DNA from: Octopus sinensis
Taxonomy: Eukaryota
DNA length: 64,000 bases
NCBI RefSeq assembly: GCF_006345805.1
Contig: NC_042997.1
Location: 63,116,001-63,180,000 of the forward strand
Direction: 5' to 3'
How positions within the stretch are numbered: the stretch's first letter is position 1; each line of letters starts with the position of its first letter. Below the pieces are notes generated by a model. That model did not search any database, had not been told where the DNA came from, and was given only the letters and a program-made list of their open reading frames with translations. This document shows, one piece after another, positions 12,752 through 26,740 of this stretch. The translations under genes and the position numbers were made by a program.

Positions 12752-13050
12752 ACCTATCCATTCTTGTTGCTTCTTTCTCGCGTATATATATATACATATA
12801 TATTTGATTTTATACATACACACACACATACACACACACACATACACACACACACATACACACACACACTCATATATATGTATATATATATATGTAAATG
12901 GATGAATGAATTATCCTTTGTTTAGAGATAACATGGAAAAGTCAATAAACAATTACCAGTGTAGCAAAATTCACGCAAGTAACAAGGATGTAGTGACCTA
13001 TTCAAAGGTAGAAATTCTGGGTTAACGTGCAGTAATTTGTATAGTATAAG

Positions 13051-13457
13051 GAGCAGGAGTGGCTGTGTGGTAAGTAGCTTGTTTACCAACCACATGGTTC
13101 CGGGTTCAGTCTCACTGCGTGGCACCTTGGGCAAAATTTCTTCTACTATAGTCTCGGGCCGACCAAAGCCTTGTGAGTGGATTTGGTAGACGGAAACTGA
13201 AAGAAGCCCGTCGTATATATGTATATATATATGCGTGTGTGTGTTTGTATGTCTGTGTTTGTCCCCCTAGCATTGCTTGACAACCGATTCTGGTGTGTTT
13301 ATGTGCCCGTTACTTAGCGGTTCGACAAAAGAGACCGATAGAATAAGTACTGGGCTTACAAAAGAATAAGTCCTGGGGTCGAGTTGCTCGATTAAAAGGC
13401 GGTGCTCCAGCATGGCCGCAGTCAAATGACTGAAACTGGTAAAAGAGTAAAGAGTAA
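13051..13457 (+). mobile_element. tRNA-derived SINE family A, full length
   Basis: Head GCAGGAGTGGCTGTGTGGTAAG with B-box GGTTCAGTCTC, then CACCTTGGGCAA, a central (TA)/(TG) tract and a 3' AAGAGTAAAGAG tail. Confidence 0.92.
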
Positions 13458-13509
13458 GTGTATAAATAAATAAATGTAGTTGAACGCAGGTGATATTCAA
13501 ATTCTTTTA

Positions 13510-13595
13510 CTTTCGACATATGTTTCGAAGACAACATTTGTTTTATTCCAAAGGAGTAAACGCTGTAAAATAATGTAATCTACTCATCAGGAAAG
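13510..13595 (-). ncRNA. Type I hammerhead ribozyme in the left PLE terminal repeat
   Basis: CUUUC-CUGAUGA-GUAGA...UCUUC-GAAA-C-AUAU-GUC-GAAAG. Core intact, one U.U mismatch in helix II. Confidence 0.78.
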
Positions 13596-14271
13596 AAAGA
13601 GAACCTATCTCAACCACAAGACATTATAACAATTTTGATGACTGCATAAATGATAAACAGAACGCTATTAAGTATTTAAAAAAACACCGTTAGTAGATCT
13701 GACGTCAAAGGCAGACCATATGAAGAGAAAGGGTAAAGAAATAATAAGTACAGAACAAATAAAGAGGGATATATTTGTTGAAAAAATGTTCAAAGGCTTG
13801 GAAGTAGATTTATCTATTGAAGTAAAGTGCAAGGTAAATTGAATGTTCAAACTATACAGACGGGTATAAAACACTTACATGAGCTAAAGGTATGTTTCTG
13901 CCAGCGATTACATTTGTAAGATCGTTCTATAAGTGTATTAACAAGGGGATTCTTAGAGAAGAGAATATGGAAGAGTTCAGAGTTGCAAACGTTACAAAAC
14001 CCTTTGCCCTTGTCATAAGGGAAAGAGATGGACAGGATGAACCAATCTAACTTAAAATCCTTATTGTTGTCTTTAAGATACCAAACTAATTTACTTAGCC
14101 CTGTGCTATTACGTTTACAGCTATCCCTTTAATGAAGAATAATGATTGGAAATTCTCTTAGATAACTGGGAAGAGAAAGCGTCATATAGAAATAGGCATC
14201 GGTACCGGAAGTAATTTTACATTGGTATATAGAATTCTTAATCTCAGAGACCAAATCTATGTTGTTATTAC

Positions 14272-14371
<100 letters not shown>

Positions 14372-15617
14372 GGAAGGGCTAGTTAACAATATTAATGTTG
14401 GAACTCTCAGAAAATGAACTTTTATTTAGCAGACTGGTATTATGAGATATAATTTGTGAAAGATTCTTCGTGTTGGAGAAGGCAACGCTAACTATATGAG
14501 AATTAATAATTAAATAATATCTAGAATTTTTTGGAAAGTTCTTACCAACCGCTTCATGGAACTACAAAGGAAGATTAAATTTAATTTTTCTTCCATACGG
14601 AATAACAAACGAAATAGTTTTCCTAATAACAGTCAAATTGTAAGTGGTACTGTCTATAAAGAACGGTGAAATACCTCTAGAGTGAAAAAATGGGCTTAAA
14701 GAACGGTTGCCTCCCTTACTCTGTAAAGGAATTTTATCATGTTTTGTGTTGGTGTCAATATTAGAATTAAAATCACCCTTCTTATTACAACTAGATTTCT
14801 TGTCTCGAATAGTAGATGAAGGGTGAGATTGTGCAGAATCAATGTATGTAACTTTTTCTTTATACCCTGCTTTAACTAAGGCAGAGTTATAAAATTCTGC
14901 CTTGTTAAAAATGTCAACATTGGCGGATAGTTTAGACAATCTAACTGAAATGTTTTTAACTAAATTCTTAGTAATTGCCCTAGCGTGTTTACTGAATGGA
15001 CTAATATACTTGAGATTGGCGGCATGCACACAATAAGGCAGGTCTCTCTAGAGAGGAAATTAATGTGGTGCTGGCTGCCAGGAAATCTATCATTAAGTTT
15101 GATAACAATTTGTGGGTCCGGAAGGATACTCCTAACGCGTGCGATGTCCCAATGGGAAGTTCGGATTCTGCTCAAATTGTGGACTTAGTCAGCATATATA
15201 TAATTCATGAAATGGTTGACCAGTTCCCAGACATCTGTGGGGGGTCTATATCGTGATGATTGTTTGCTTTACATCCAAAACGTTTCCAATCAAAAAATGC
15301 AGAAGGTCAAGAATAGGTTAGTTAGGTTTTTTCGTAGAATGGGCTTCCACATGGTTTTTGGCGATGAGATAACTAAAGCTAACTTCTTAGATATTACTCT
15401 TAATTTGCATAATAATTCATATTTCCCATACCACAAACCTTCCACCAAGCAGTAAACGTAATAGCACAGGGCTAAGTAAATTGGTATAATATCTTAAAGA
15501 CAACAATAAGGATTTGACGTCAGATCTACTAACGGGATTTTAAAAAAATACTTAATAGCGTTCTGTTTATGCAGTCATCAAAACTATTATAATGTCTTGT
15601 AGAGATAGGTTCTCTTT

Positions 15618-15703
15618 CTTTCCCGATGAGAAGGTTATATTATTTTACACCGTTTACTCCTTTGAAATAAAACGAATGTTGTCTTCGAAACATATGTCGA
15701 AAG
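15618..15703 (+). ncRNA. Type I hammerhead ribozyme in the right PLE terminal repeat (core U4 to C variant)
   Basis: CUUUC-CCGAUGA-GAAGG...UCUUC-GAAA-C-AUAU-GUC-GAAAG. Helices intact, one core substitution. Confidence 0.72.
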
Positions 15704-16003
15704 TAAAAGAATTTGAATATCACCTGCGTTCAACTCTATTTACTTATATATACATACATACGTATATATATTTATATATATATACATTATCGTTCACAAA
15801 TCCAAAATTTTGGTATTTATGGGAGCAACCATATTCGAAGACTCATAAAATTGTCATTGAATGCTCAAAATGGGGAGTAGATAGCCAGCCGACAACTGAT
15901 GAAATATCATTCTTTGTATTACATGTCCTTTTTTTCTCTCTCGTTATTTGCGTATTTAACTCATTTCTTTTTGTATTTCATTTTGTTTACTGTTGGTGAC
16001 GTC

Positions 16004-16077
<74 letters not shown>

Positions 16078-16124
16078 CTATATTACCCCCACCACATATA
16101 TATGTAATATAGATAATATATATA

Positions 16125-16164
<40 letters not shown>

Positions 16165-16395
16165 CTATATTACCCCTCCCCCCACATATATATGTAATAT
16201 AGATAATATATATACATATATAGATATGGTTATATATGTATATCAATATATATAAGGAAGATAACACAAGGTAGAAAATGCTAAAATGATTTTATCATGA
16301 AGTACATTTAAATACAGTTCTATATTTAAGAGATGAGGAATTGTGTACATAACTTACATTATTTACATTTGACGGATATTTGTCCTCAACTTGTT

Positions 16396-16441
16396 AACAC
16401 AACGTTTCGGCTGATATACTCTCCAAACTTCATCAGGGGCC
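16396..16441 (-). ncRNA. Degenerate family C hammerhead
   Basis: CUGAUGA and GAAACGUU are retained, but the 5' strands of helix I and helix II are mutated. Confidence 0.55.
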
Positions 16442-16489
16442 TTGGGGAAATTTCGAAGTTAGCTTCTCATTCCTATGCCCGTGAGCACA

Positions 16490-16546
16490 TGGCGTAGTGG
16501 TTAAGAGCGCGCGCGCTACTAACACCAAGATTCCGAGTTCGATTCC
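16490..16546 (+). promoter_or_regulatory. tRNA-like Pol III internal promoter (A-box 16490-16500, B-box 16537-16545) of the family C unit
   Basis: TGGCGTAGTGG and GTTCGATTC at tRNA-like spacing. No TTTT on this strand through 16799. Confidence 0.8.
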
Positions 16547-16555
16547 AAGCAGTGA

Positions 16556-16656
<101 letters not shown>

Positions 16657-16703
16657 TCGAAAAATACCTTAGGAATGAGAACCCAGGTTCGAAATTTCCT
16701 CAA

Positions 16704-16749
16704 GACGCCTGATGAAGGCTGGAGGGTATGTCAGCCGAAACGTAGTGTT
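16704..16749 (+). ncRNA. Minimal type I hammerhead ribozyme, family C
   Basis: GACGC-CUGAUGA-A-GGCUG(gagggtatgt)CAGCC-GAAA-CGU-A-GUGUU. Palindromic ACGU helix III, GUA triplet. Confidence 0.83.
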
Positions 16750-17059
16750 AACAACAAACAAGATGAGCACAAATATCCGTCAAATGTAAATATTGTAATT
16801 GAAGTACATTCTAGTACCGGTTTCCATCTTTTAGAAATTTTCGACTAAGCGTAAAAGAAAAGCAATCAAATTGGAGAAAAAGAATTAAGTGAAAAGTTGT
16901 GTAGATATTTCCTTAGTCTTTAAATAGGTAAATATTTCCATAGTCTTTAGATAGTTTCTTTCTTTCTCTCTCTCTCTCTCTTTCTTCCTTTATGAATGCT
17001 TCGTATGTGGGTAGCAGTAGATCTGAAGGAATAGTTTGGGTACAGAGAATTGATGGTTT

Positions 17060-17215
17060 AAATAGAAGCAGCCGGGAAAAAGGGAGGAGGAGGAGGAGGA
17101 GAAGAAGCAGAAGCAGAAGAAGAAGAAGAAGAAGAAGAAGAAGAAGAAAAAGGTGGAGGGGAAGCTGAAGCAGGAAGAGAAGTAGGAGTAGGGAAAGAAG
17201 AGGGAAAAGGAGAAA
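17060..17215. repeat. (GAG)n/(GAA)n purine-rich microsatellite
   Basis: Direct reading. Confidence 0.9.
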
Positions 17216-17379
17216 GACAAAAAAAAAATACCGGAGTGCTGCGACACAGTAAATTGTTCGAGGAATCTTCTTTAATGGTCAAATGACCTAAAAGTGACTT
17301 GTTGTGGTCGTAGCAGTAGTGGTTGGAATTGTTCAAAATTCTTGTTGTAGTTTCATCTGTGGTAGTTTGATCATATTTT

Positions 17380-18005
17380 ATGATAAAATTTGCTTCTTTG
17401 CTAACGCGCATAGGTTGCATTATAGGTTGCATTGTCCCTGAATTTATAGAGGGGAAAAATTCTAAATTTGAGTTGTTCGTTAGTGGCGCAAATATCGGTG
17501 TACTCGCTTAATCTTGTTTTTCTGTATTCTCATATTTTAACCTGGGATCTATGTACCGTCATCCTCTGGCGTAGACTGTTTTTAGTTTGATCAATATATT
17601 GTTCTCGACACCCTGAGCAAGTTAATACATGCATTAGGTTTTCCGAAGCACAATGTGAAGTTGCTTTTCACTGTAAAACGTTGACCTTGTTTGAAGGAGA
17701 ATTCCGATCCTTCAATTAGGTTGACATATATACCACAGGCCTTCCACATTTTTTCTGTTGACTTCGATGTTGTTGACGAATGGGCCTGTGTTAGAAGACT
17801 TTTCATTGACTTGGGTTGTCTTTTGTTCTTTATGATGATATGCGTTTGGAGGATTAGATCCATTCTATGGTCCCTTTTCAGTAAAGGGATGTTCTGGAGG
17901 ATGGCGTCGAAGGCCTCATTGTTTACGAGGTTGTGCGTGGATATGTATGGTATGTTTTTGGTTGTAAATCTTTCTTTATTCTGGGATGTCTGAGTTCGTG
18001 GATGC
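17380..18005 (-). pseudogene. Penelope-like element fragment (linker and GIY-YIG endonuclease)
   Basis: NIPYISTHN...KRQPKSMKSLLT...CGIYVNLIEG...FTVKSNFT, then in a shifted frame LTCSGCREQYIDQTKNSLRQRMTVHRSQ. Confidence 0.8.
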
Positions 18006-18007
18006 TT

Positions 18008-19072
18008 GTGCTCATATGGCAGGCGGCAGCGTAACGAAAACGGCCGAAATGTTTGGTGAATCATGAAGTACTGTCTCGAAAGTAATGACAGCCTTTGAGA
18101 AAGAGGAGAAAAGTTCCTCATCAAAACAAAACTCCGGAAGAAAACCAAAACTTTCAAATAGGGTCCGTCGGACTCTTACGCGAATTGTTAGACAGGATGA
18201 CAAAAGTACAGCTTTTCCCAAAATTCATGCAAAGTTTAATGGCCACCGCGAGAGCCCAGTTTGCACAAAAACTGTTCGCCGAGAGCTGCACAAAGCTGGA
18301 TTTCACGGGAGGGCTGCAATCAGAAAATCACTACTTTCAAAAACAAACATTGCAAAGCGTTTAGAGTGGAGTAAAAACCTACAGAATTGGTCCCAAGAGT
18401 AGTGGAAGAATGTTATTTTCCGGGACGAGTCATCCATTACCTTATTTCCTATCACCGGCTGAGTATATCTGTGGAGACAGCCAAAGGAAGCATTTGACCC
18501 AGACAGCCTTCTTCTAACTGTTAAACATGGAGGAGGATCTGTGATGATCTGAGTGGGAGTGGTTGTGGTGGGCTATATCGTGGAAATCCGCCGGCCCAGT
18601 GGTTTCCCTTCATGACAGAATTAATAGTCAAGACTATTTAAGCATTTTATCTGATCAAATTCATTCTATGGATGCCGAACTGTTTCCGGATGGAAACGCA
18701 ATCTTTCAGGATGATAATGCACCAATTCACACAGCTAAAGTTGTTACTGAATGGCACGAGGAACATTCTTAGTGAAGTTGAACATCTTATTTGGTCACCA
18801 CATTCCCCAGATCTCAATATTATTGAACAATTATGATACATTTTAGAAAAACAAGTAACGAGTCGATATCCTCCACCATCATCACTACAAGAACTGGAGA
18901 CCGTTTTAGCTGAAGAATGGACAGAAATTCCTTTGGAAACAATTCAATATTTGTACGAGTCCATACCTCGTAGAATTGAAGCTGTAAATTACTGCGAAAG
19001 GCGATCATATCTAATATTAAAATAAATTTGTTTGAAATTTTAAGTTGTTTCCATTATTTTGTCCAACCCCTG
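18008..19072 (+). mobile_element. Tc1-like DNA transposon, 5'-truncated, decayed DD34E transposase
   Basis: SGRKPKLS HTH, VIFRDES, TVKHGGGSVMI, IFQDDNAPIHTAK, SPDLNIIE. Ends TTTTGTCCAACCCCTG followed by TA. Confidence 0.93.
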
Positions 19073-19394
19073 TATACATATATATAATATTATGTTATAT
19101 ATCCAACTATATACTATTTATAAAGAATCAAAGCGTATCAGTTCATGGTATTTCACGGACTGGCTAGACAGATTCACGCAGAGCAGAAATCTATTATCAC
19201 TTTCAATGCAACGATGGAGACCAATCACTGTTGTGTGTTTTGCAATTCCAGTTGATTACCAGTAATGTGACTAATATTACACACACACACATCCCCCTCA
19301 CCCCCTCCAACCTACACGTATATGCAGGTATATATGATGGACTCTTCGCCGAAGACGACGTATGACCATTCAGCTTTTGCCGAAGGACATGCAC

Positions 19395-19625
19395 AAGTGA
19401 TCTGTTTAAAGTGATCAAATGTTTGTACCGCACATTATCTCACTTTATCTATCAAATAGAATTGCCTGGACAGTGACACCGTATGCAACGCGTCAACTGT
19501 CGGAGTGATGGCTGAGCAACTGGAGATGAAATGTTTTGCTCAAGAACACAACGCATCACTCGGTCTAAGAATTGAAATCACGATCGCAGATCGCGAGTGC
19601 AACACCTTAACCACTAGGCCATGTG
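19395..19625 (-). mobile_element. tRNA-derived SINE family F
   Basis: Head ATGGCCTAGTGGTTAAGGTGTTGCACTCGCGATC and GCGTTGTGTTCTTGAGCAAAACATTTCAT. A related copy lies at ~45150-45345. Confidence 0.7.
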
Positions 19626-19627
19626 AT

Positions 19628-19670
<43 letters not shown>

Positions 19671-20162
19671 TACATACACACATGATGTATTTTTATTTAT
19701 TTGTGTATTTATTTATTAAATGACACAGGTATGGAGCACTTATATTCAGGACTCAGTTTCTCATCAGAAGCTATTTACAACGATACTGAAATCTACTTAA
19801 CAGCACCACCTAGAATAAAACATCTATTGATGTTTTATATTACAGTCGTTCTTTGGGCACCATATACCATTCGAATGAAAAGTTATTGTTTGCAGTGATA
19901 TATCCAGATGTTGGTGGTTTGCCTGGAAAATACCTGTAGATATTCATCCTGGAACCGTCAGAATGTAATGCAGTCTCTTTTTTTGTATTATGTATCTTGG
20001 CATGATGCTAAAGAGAGCAAGGCCGGTAGCGGTAGACTAGATAACTTATATTTCATTTAGAGATTTGAGTAAATTTAATACTTGTTTAATATTGAGCGTG
20101 TTGATTAAGGTGATCACCCTTAATTCCCAAAAAATTGAGCTTGTACCTCTATATATTTCTTT

Positions 20163-20358
20163 ACTACCTACAAAGACAGACAAACGTATTAAGTCGATTA
20201 TATTGACCCCAGTGCGTAACTGGTACTTAATTTATCGACCCCGAAAGGATGAAAGGCAAAGTCGATCTCGGCGGAATTTGAACTCAGAACGTAACGGCAG
20301 ACGAAATACGGCCACGTATTTCGCCCGGCGTGCTAACGTTTCTGCCAGCTCGCTGCCT
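20163..20358 (-). mobile_element. SINE family B
   Basis: Reverse complement of 7215-7448. Confidence 0.88.
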
Positions 20359-20439
20359 TTCAGCTTGTACCTGTATAATGTACACTTTGTACAAAAGATA
20401 AGAATCAAAATGTGTGAAGATAAGCACTCATAAGAATAG

Positions 20440-21600
20440 TGGCACGAACAAGAGAAAAAAATACTGTTGTTAAGTAACATTAGCGACATCAGAAACAGTG
20501 GCAATAGTATAAGCAATACTTGGATACAATAGATGCGTTGAGACCAATAGTCGTCAAAGTAACTGTGTCAAACACAGAATCAGCGAGAATAGAATTTGCA
20601 CTAATAGTTGAATCAACTGTAAGCATTGGCAACAATTGTTGCAACTAATGTTGCAACAAGGATCGTATGAACAGTAACAGAAAATATCTCAGCAGTTGAG
20701 GCAACATTAGCAACAATAATGTTGCCAAAATTGATAGGAACTGTGACTAAACATGAAGAAGGAAAAATAAACTTAGAAGCAATAACAGAACAACTGTAGG
20801 CGCGATAGCAGTTGCGAAACAGTAGTTGAGGTAACGACGCTAATAGCTCAAGCGTAAATAGCAATATGCAACAACAACAACATTGCTGACAAGATCAGTG
20901 TCTCTAGTTAACTGTAATCAGAATAGAAGCAAGCAGTGACCACAATAGTAATAATAGCAGTTGAAGCATCAGCGGTAATAACAGGAACATCGGGCACAAT
21001 AACAGAAGCAACTGTAGCGAAAGCAACAACAGCAATAATAGAAGCTGTAGTAATAACAGCGATCATGTGAAACAGCTTAACAACAAGCAGGAGTGGCTAT
21101 GAAAGCAGCAAGAATAATCACCGAAGCAACGGGAGTGACATTAGCAATAGGAACGGCAGATATGGGATTAGCAACATCCAAAACAATACGGACTTCAACG
21201 GCAGCTACACTAGTAGAGTTTGCAAGAATGGTGATGTAGTAATAGCAATAGTGATAATGAAATACAAGGAGAAAAGCAATTTTGAGACAAAGCACAACTG
21301 TTTATCGTAAGTTAGTAGCAAAAATTAAAGCTAAATAAAACCGAATTATCAATAGTAACAATAGCAACGTCGACGATACCAGTAACAATGAAAAACAGGT
21401 GAAACAATAGCAGCATGAACGGAGCAATAGTAGAAGCATTAGCAACTGCAGAGACTTCAGATAACAGGTATATATTGTTGCAGAAGCTGATTGTGTTCGA
21501 CAGACAGGAAATTAGTAAACAAAGACAAAAGCTGAAACAGTAAATAACGATAAAGAAAAGGATTACATGCGCTACAAGTGTGTACAAGCTATATACGTAA
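20440..21600. repeat. Cryptic low-complexity tract, AGC/AAC/AAT-rich and strand-asymmetric
   Basis: Recurrent AGCAAC/AGCAAT/AACAG words. The plus-strand Ser/Asn-rich frame is interrupted by stops. Confidence 0.7.
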
Positions 21601-21926
21601 CATGCTGTATACGCGTGTTAACGTGTGCGTCTATGCATGTTTAGTGTGTGCGTGTGCACACGTTTGGCGAGGTTTATGTGTTTGTAACTTTTATATCCGC
21701 ATATAAGAGTAGTTGCATGTGTACGTAAGTGTATATATTTACAAGCACGTATACATATATATATATAGATACACACACACGCACACACACACATACATAC
21801 ATACATATGCACACATATATATATTTATGTATGTATATATATAAATTTAATACAAGTATTTTTATAGATATATACACAGGTTTATACATATGTGCATATC
21901 TCTCTCTCTATATATAGATGTATAAA

Positions 21927-21972
<46 letters not shown>

Positions 21973-22038
21973 TACCAAGGTATCGGTTAAACTTTTGATT
22001 AATCTGCAACAAGATTATTCATCTCTCTATTTTACCAA

Positions 22039-22075
<37 letters not shown>

Positions 22076-22116
22076 ATATATATATATTTATACATATACA
22101 TACATATACATATATA

Positions 22117-22420
22117 TCACCGTGATTACCGTGACCGACCAGACTATCAGATGTTGCTACACATCGCTGGTCACAATGCGCTTCGCATTGTTTTAGCCTT
22201 CAAATGACGCCAGCCCGCTGGCTTAGCGAGCAGGCCAACAGAAGAAAGAGTGATAGAAAGTTGTGGCGAAAGAGTACAGCAGGGATCACCACCACACCCT
22301 GCCGGAGCTTCGTGGAGCTTTAGGTCTTTTCGCTCATTCACAACGCCCGGTCTGGGAATCGAAACCGCGATCCTACAACCGCGAGTCCGCTGCCCTAACC
22401 ACTGGGCCATTGCGCCTCCA
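22117..22420 (-). mobile_element. tRNA-derived SINE family E
   Basis: Head GGCGCAATGGCCCAGTGGTTAGGGCAGCGGACTCGCGG...GGTTTCGATTCCCAGACC has clear A and B boxes. Confidence 0.85.
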
Positions 22421-22421
22421 C

Positions 22422-22480
<59 letters not shown>

Positions 22481-23214
22481 ATATATATATTCTCACTTGG
22501 AATATTGGCTCCCGAGCAACATCATCTAAAGCTATATTTGGTAACTCGAAATGTGGGCTCGAAGTCAAAGGCAAATTTTTTTCTCGACTTTTCTATCCAA
22601 AAGGGCTTTTTAACACAATGTTCACATGCAATCATTTTTTAGGATTTTGTAGTGTTCCTCGAAATCCAATATTCCCAAAAGAATTATTTCACTTACTCTC
22701 GAAAGTGTATAACATCTTATGACATCAATATTATGTATGTATGTATATATGTATGTATGTATTTATGTATGTACGTACGTAATTATGTATGTACGTACGT
22801 ATGTATGTATGTATTATGTATGTATGTATGTATGTATGTATGTATGTATGTATGTCATTCAGTTTTATTTCTAGATTTCTTGCCAATAGATAAATAACCG
22901 GTTTGTAACCTAGATCCAAAGCTCTTTCATTGGAATTTCAACAACATTAACAGGGTATTTTTGTATGTATGCATTTGTGCAGAATTTCAACATCAACTGT
23001 ATTTTTGTATGCATGCATTTGTACAGATTTGTATATTTTGTTTTGTGTGTGTATTCTCATGCATATAGTTGCATGTCTAGACTTGCTCACATTTACTTAA
23101 ATAACAAACATCTGTCCTGTTTTTCTGTCTGTTTGTATGTATGCAGCGGTTAATCGCCAGCGACTGGAGATGAGGTTTCAGTTGACCGTTCTATTGTGTT
23201 AGCTGTTCCTGGAT

Positions 23215-23531
23215 TAAGGTCTAATGACCATGGGATTGCATCTAGAAATTTCTCCTTCAAGGCACAAGTCCAAGCAAGGTTGTTTATGGAGCACCAGCAG
23301 CCACTCATGCATACCAGCCTCTCCTCTCCACACCACCGATGTTATCTAAGGGATAGGCAAAGACCTGTACAGACTGGCACAAGTGACGTCGCAAGTAATT
23401 TCCACACCTGATTGAACTAGTGCAGCGTGAAATCAAGTGTTTTGCTGAAGAACACAACACACAGCCCGGTCTGGGAATCGGATACAGTACCTCATGATTG
23501 TGAGCCCGACTCTCTAACCACTGAGCCATGC
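23215..23531 (-). mobile_element. SINE family D
   Basis: Head ATGGCTCAGTGGTTAGAGAGTCGGGCTCACAATCATGAGG. Colinear with 10101-10445. Confidence 0.85.
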
Positions 23532-25955
23532 GGCTCCCAAGACCAACTTTCGTAATGAATGACTTAAGGATTGTACCTAGAAAGACCTCCGAGTCACAAG
23601 TCCGGGCAAGAGTGTTTATGTTAAGTGGTTGTGTAATTAAATTTTCAGATAGAATCAGTTCAACACAGCGTGGGACAACGGGTGAACCTTTAAAATTAAA
23701 GATATACTCCCTTCTCCCTTATGCTCGAGTACAGTTTCTATTTTTCCCATATTCCCTCGCAAAGCATGGGTCGACCAATACAAAAATGACACTTACTCAA
23801 GAATTCGCAATGAGATCGAATCCGGACTTTTTATTTTCGAAGCAAATTTCTTAGTTATTTAGGCAGGATGTTACATATCCCATTTCTTCAATAATTACTT
23901 GTATAAACATGTAATTATTATATGCATGTACGTATGTATAAACATCTCGGTGACACCCTACCAGCATTAATAGGTGCAGACTTGGCTGTGAGGTTAAGAA
24001 GCTTTCTTCTAAACCATGTTGTTTTGGGTTCAGTTCTTGGGTAAGTGTCTCCTACTTGCGCGCCTACGTGTGCGCTTGCGTGTGTGTATCTGTGTGAGTG
24101 TGTTTTGCGTTGTATATGCTCCCCACCATCGCTTGACACCTAGTGTCAGCTACTTCTGACCTGCTTGAGCTACAGCCATATATCACCTGCGAAGCATGCT
24201 CGTCTTTTTGAGAAGAGAACACGTTGGAAGAACGTTATGCTGACCATACTGTGACTTAGATGTAAATGAGACAGTCACGTGTAAAGTGTTTTTGCTTATA
24301 AATAGAAGGCGTGAAATTTGGAAGGAGAGAGCTGGTCGATTCTATTTACCTCAGTTCTCAAATGATATTTATTTTACCGACTCCGAAAAAATGAAAGACG
24401 ATGTCGATCATGGTAGGATGTGAACTCAGAATGCAAAGACGGACAAATGCCGCTAAGCATTTTGGCCTCCGTGCAAACGATTCTGCTAGGTCATCACCTT
24501 AAGCAATAAGATAATAATCCTTTCTACCATAGACTGAAAGCCTTAATTTCCTTTTTCGAGGGAGGGGACTAGTCGATTACATCAACCTCAGTGCTTAACT
24601 AGTTCTTCATTTCATCGACCGTAAAAGGATGAAAGGCAATGTTGGCCTCAGCGGAATTTGAACTCACATCAATCGGAAGAAATGCTGCTAATATGTTTGT
24701 CCAGCGTGTAAAGAATTCTTCTAGTTTATCGTTTTCAGCATCAAGATGATGAGAATGTTTTCAAATTTTGGCACGGGGCGAGCAATTCTGTGGAAGACGG
24801 TGAGTCTATTTTATCCCTCTCAGTGCTTAACTGATACTTTTTTTATCGACCCCCTCGCCCACAAAGGATCAAAGATAAAGTCGAACCAGGCGGTACAGTC
24901 AAGCCGGAAGAAGTGCTACTAAAAATCGTGCCGAGCATGCAAATAATTCTGCTAGTACACTGTCTTCGGTATTAAGATAATTACAAGACAGAAAAATTAG
25001 ACATCTTAAACCCAGCCGCGTTGCGTGATTTCTGATATTTATTGTGAGTTGAAATTTGTAGAGATTGTTGTTTTAACAATCACACATTTATGAGACCCTA
25101 TAAGCATTTTCTTCTTCTCCAAAAGCGTTCGTGCGGGAATTTACTCAGTCTTGTGAAATATCTATATTTGTTGGTGATGAATCGCGAATGTGGCTCGTTG
25201 TCGGCTGCATCGTTACAAATTAAATGCGGTCAATTAGAACGCTAGTCGTACCTACAGTTTATTTATGTTTATTTATAATTTAAAATCATTATTTTAAAAT
25301 GCTTAACAAGACCTTGTTTGCAATAGCTAGTACTAAGCAATTTAGAAAATAATCGAAAGTTCATTGTCCGATGATAATAAAGATATAATTATTTATTCAC
25401 AGGCGTAAACAGAGTATGAATATTTTATTTGCAAAATTTCAGTTGCATCTTAGTCAAAGTACAATCCAGAAAGCTATTAACTGAGTATGTGAATGATATA
25501 CCAAACCGTTACGCCTAGAAACACTGTCATCTCTATATAATAATAGTCGATATAAATGTAGCTAGGATGGTGTGGCTGATTTCTCCTGTTACCCTCCACA
25601 TTATATTCAGAGAAGGGGAGAGAGATTGAAAGAGAGATACAGAGAGAGGTAACATAAATTAGAGACGACAGAGAAACGTTGAAATTGACAAGCAGAGGTA
25701 AAGAGAAGGCAAAGATGACAAAAGTTTTGTATCGATGGCCGCTCATGACAGGTATTTACACATACGCATTCCCAGATGCACGCAATCTTATGTTCATGAC
25801 GCACAAAAATAGACATAATTTTAGTTTAAACGGAAAGATAAACTTGATACGCAGTTGGTACCGGGAGGTAAAGAAACAGAAGGCTTACGTAACGATATAT
25901 GGAAGCATATATATGTACACAGAAACAGACATACGCACATATATCAAACATACAT

Positions 25956-26105
<150 letters not shown>

Positions 26106-26701
26106 GCTTATCTTTCCCTACATAATAATAGACGATATAAATCTTGGTTGATTCGTTGATTTTTCAATACACTTTTTATATTGCATTGAGGGGAAAGAGT
26201 GAAAGAGAGGTATAAAGCGAGCTAATATGAGAGATGCAGGATGGGAGCACGTAGTTGCTAAAGATAGCTATCTGAAAAATACGACATTCTTTAAAGAAAA
26301 TTTTGCAGTGATATGTTTTTGATAGAGCAGATTACAAATTATGCGGATAGAATTTAAAAAATGAAAACACATTTTATTGCAAATAAGCAAATGAGGAAAT
26401 TATTTTATTTAATCTTATTTTAATGTAATCTATATTTTTCCTTCGAGTATTAAAATTTATCATTTTAATATTTATTTCATAGTTTTACATAAGCACCAAG
26501 AAATTCGATGAAAATATGCTATTATTTTAAGCATATCATATTATCTGGTATTAGACATGGTAGGAAAAGCATACTTTCAAAGTTACCCGTCATACGATAT
26601 CCTAGTGACTCTATCGTTTTAAAAAGAATCTATCGTTTTAAAAAGCAAAAAGCAATTCAATAATAATAATAATAAAAATGATAATGATAATAATAATAAT
26701 A

Positions 26702-26739
<38 letters not shown>

Positions 26740-26740
<1 letters not shown>

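Larger units (their letters stand above)
12145..12781. repeat. Perfect inverted repeat: 310-bp arms (12145-12454 and 12472-12781), 17-nt spacer; PLE terminal-repeat-like
   Basis: Arms read as exact reverse complements by eye. Each arm carries a type I HHR facing outward. Confidence 0.93.
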
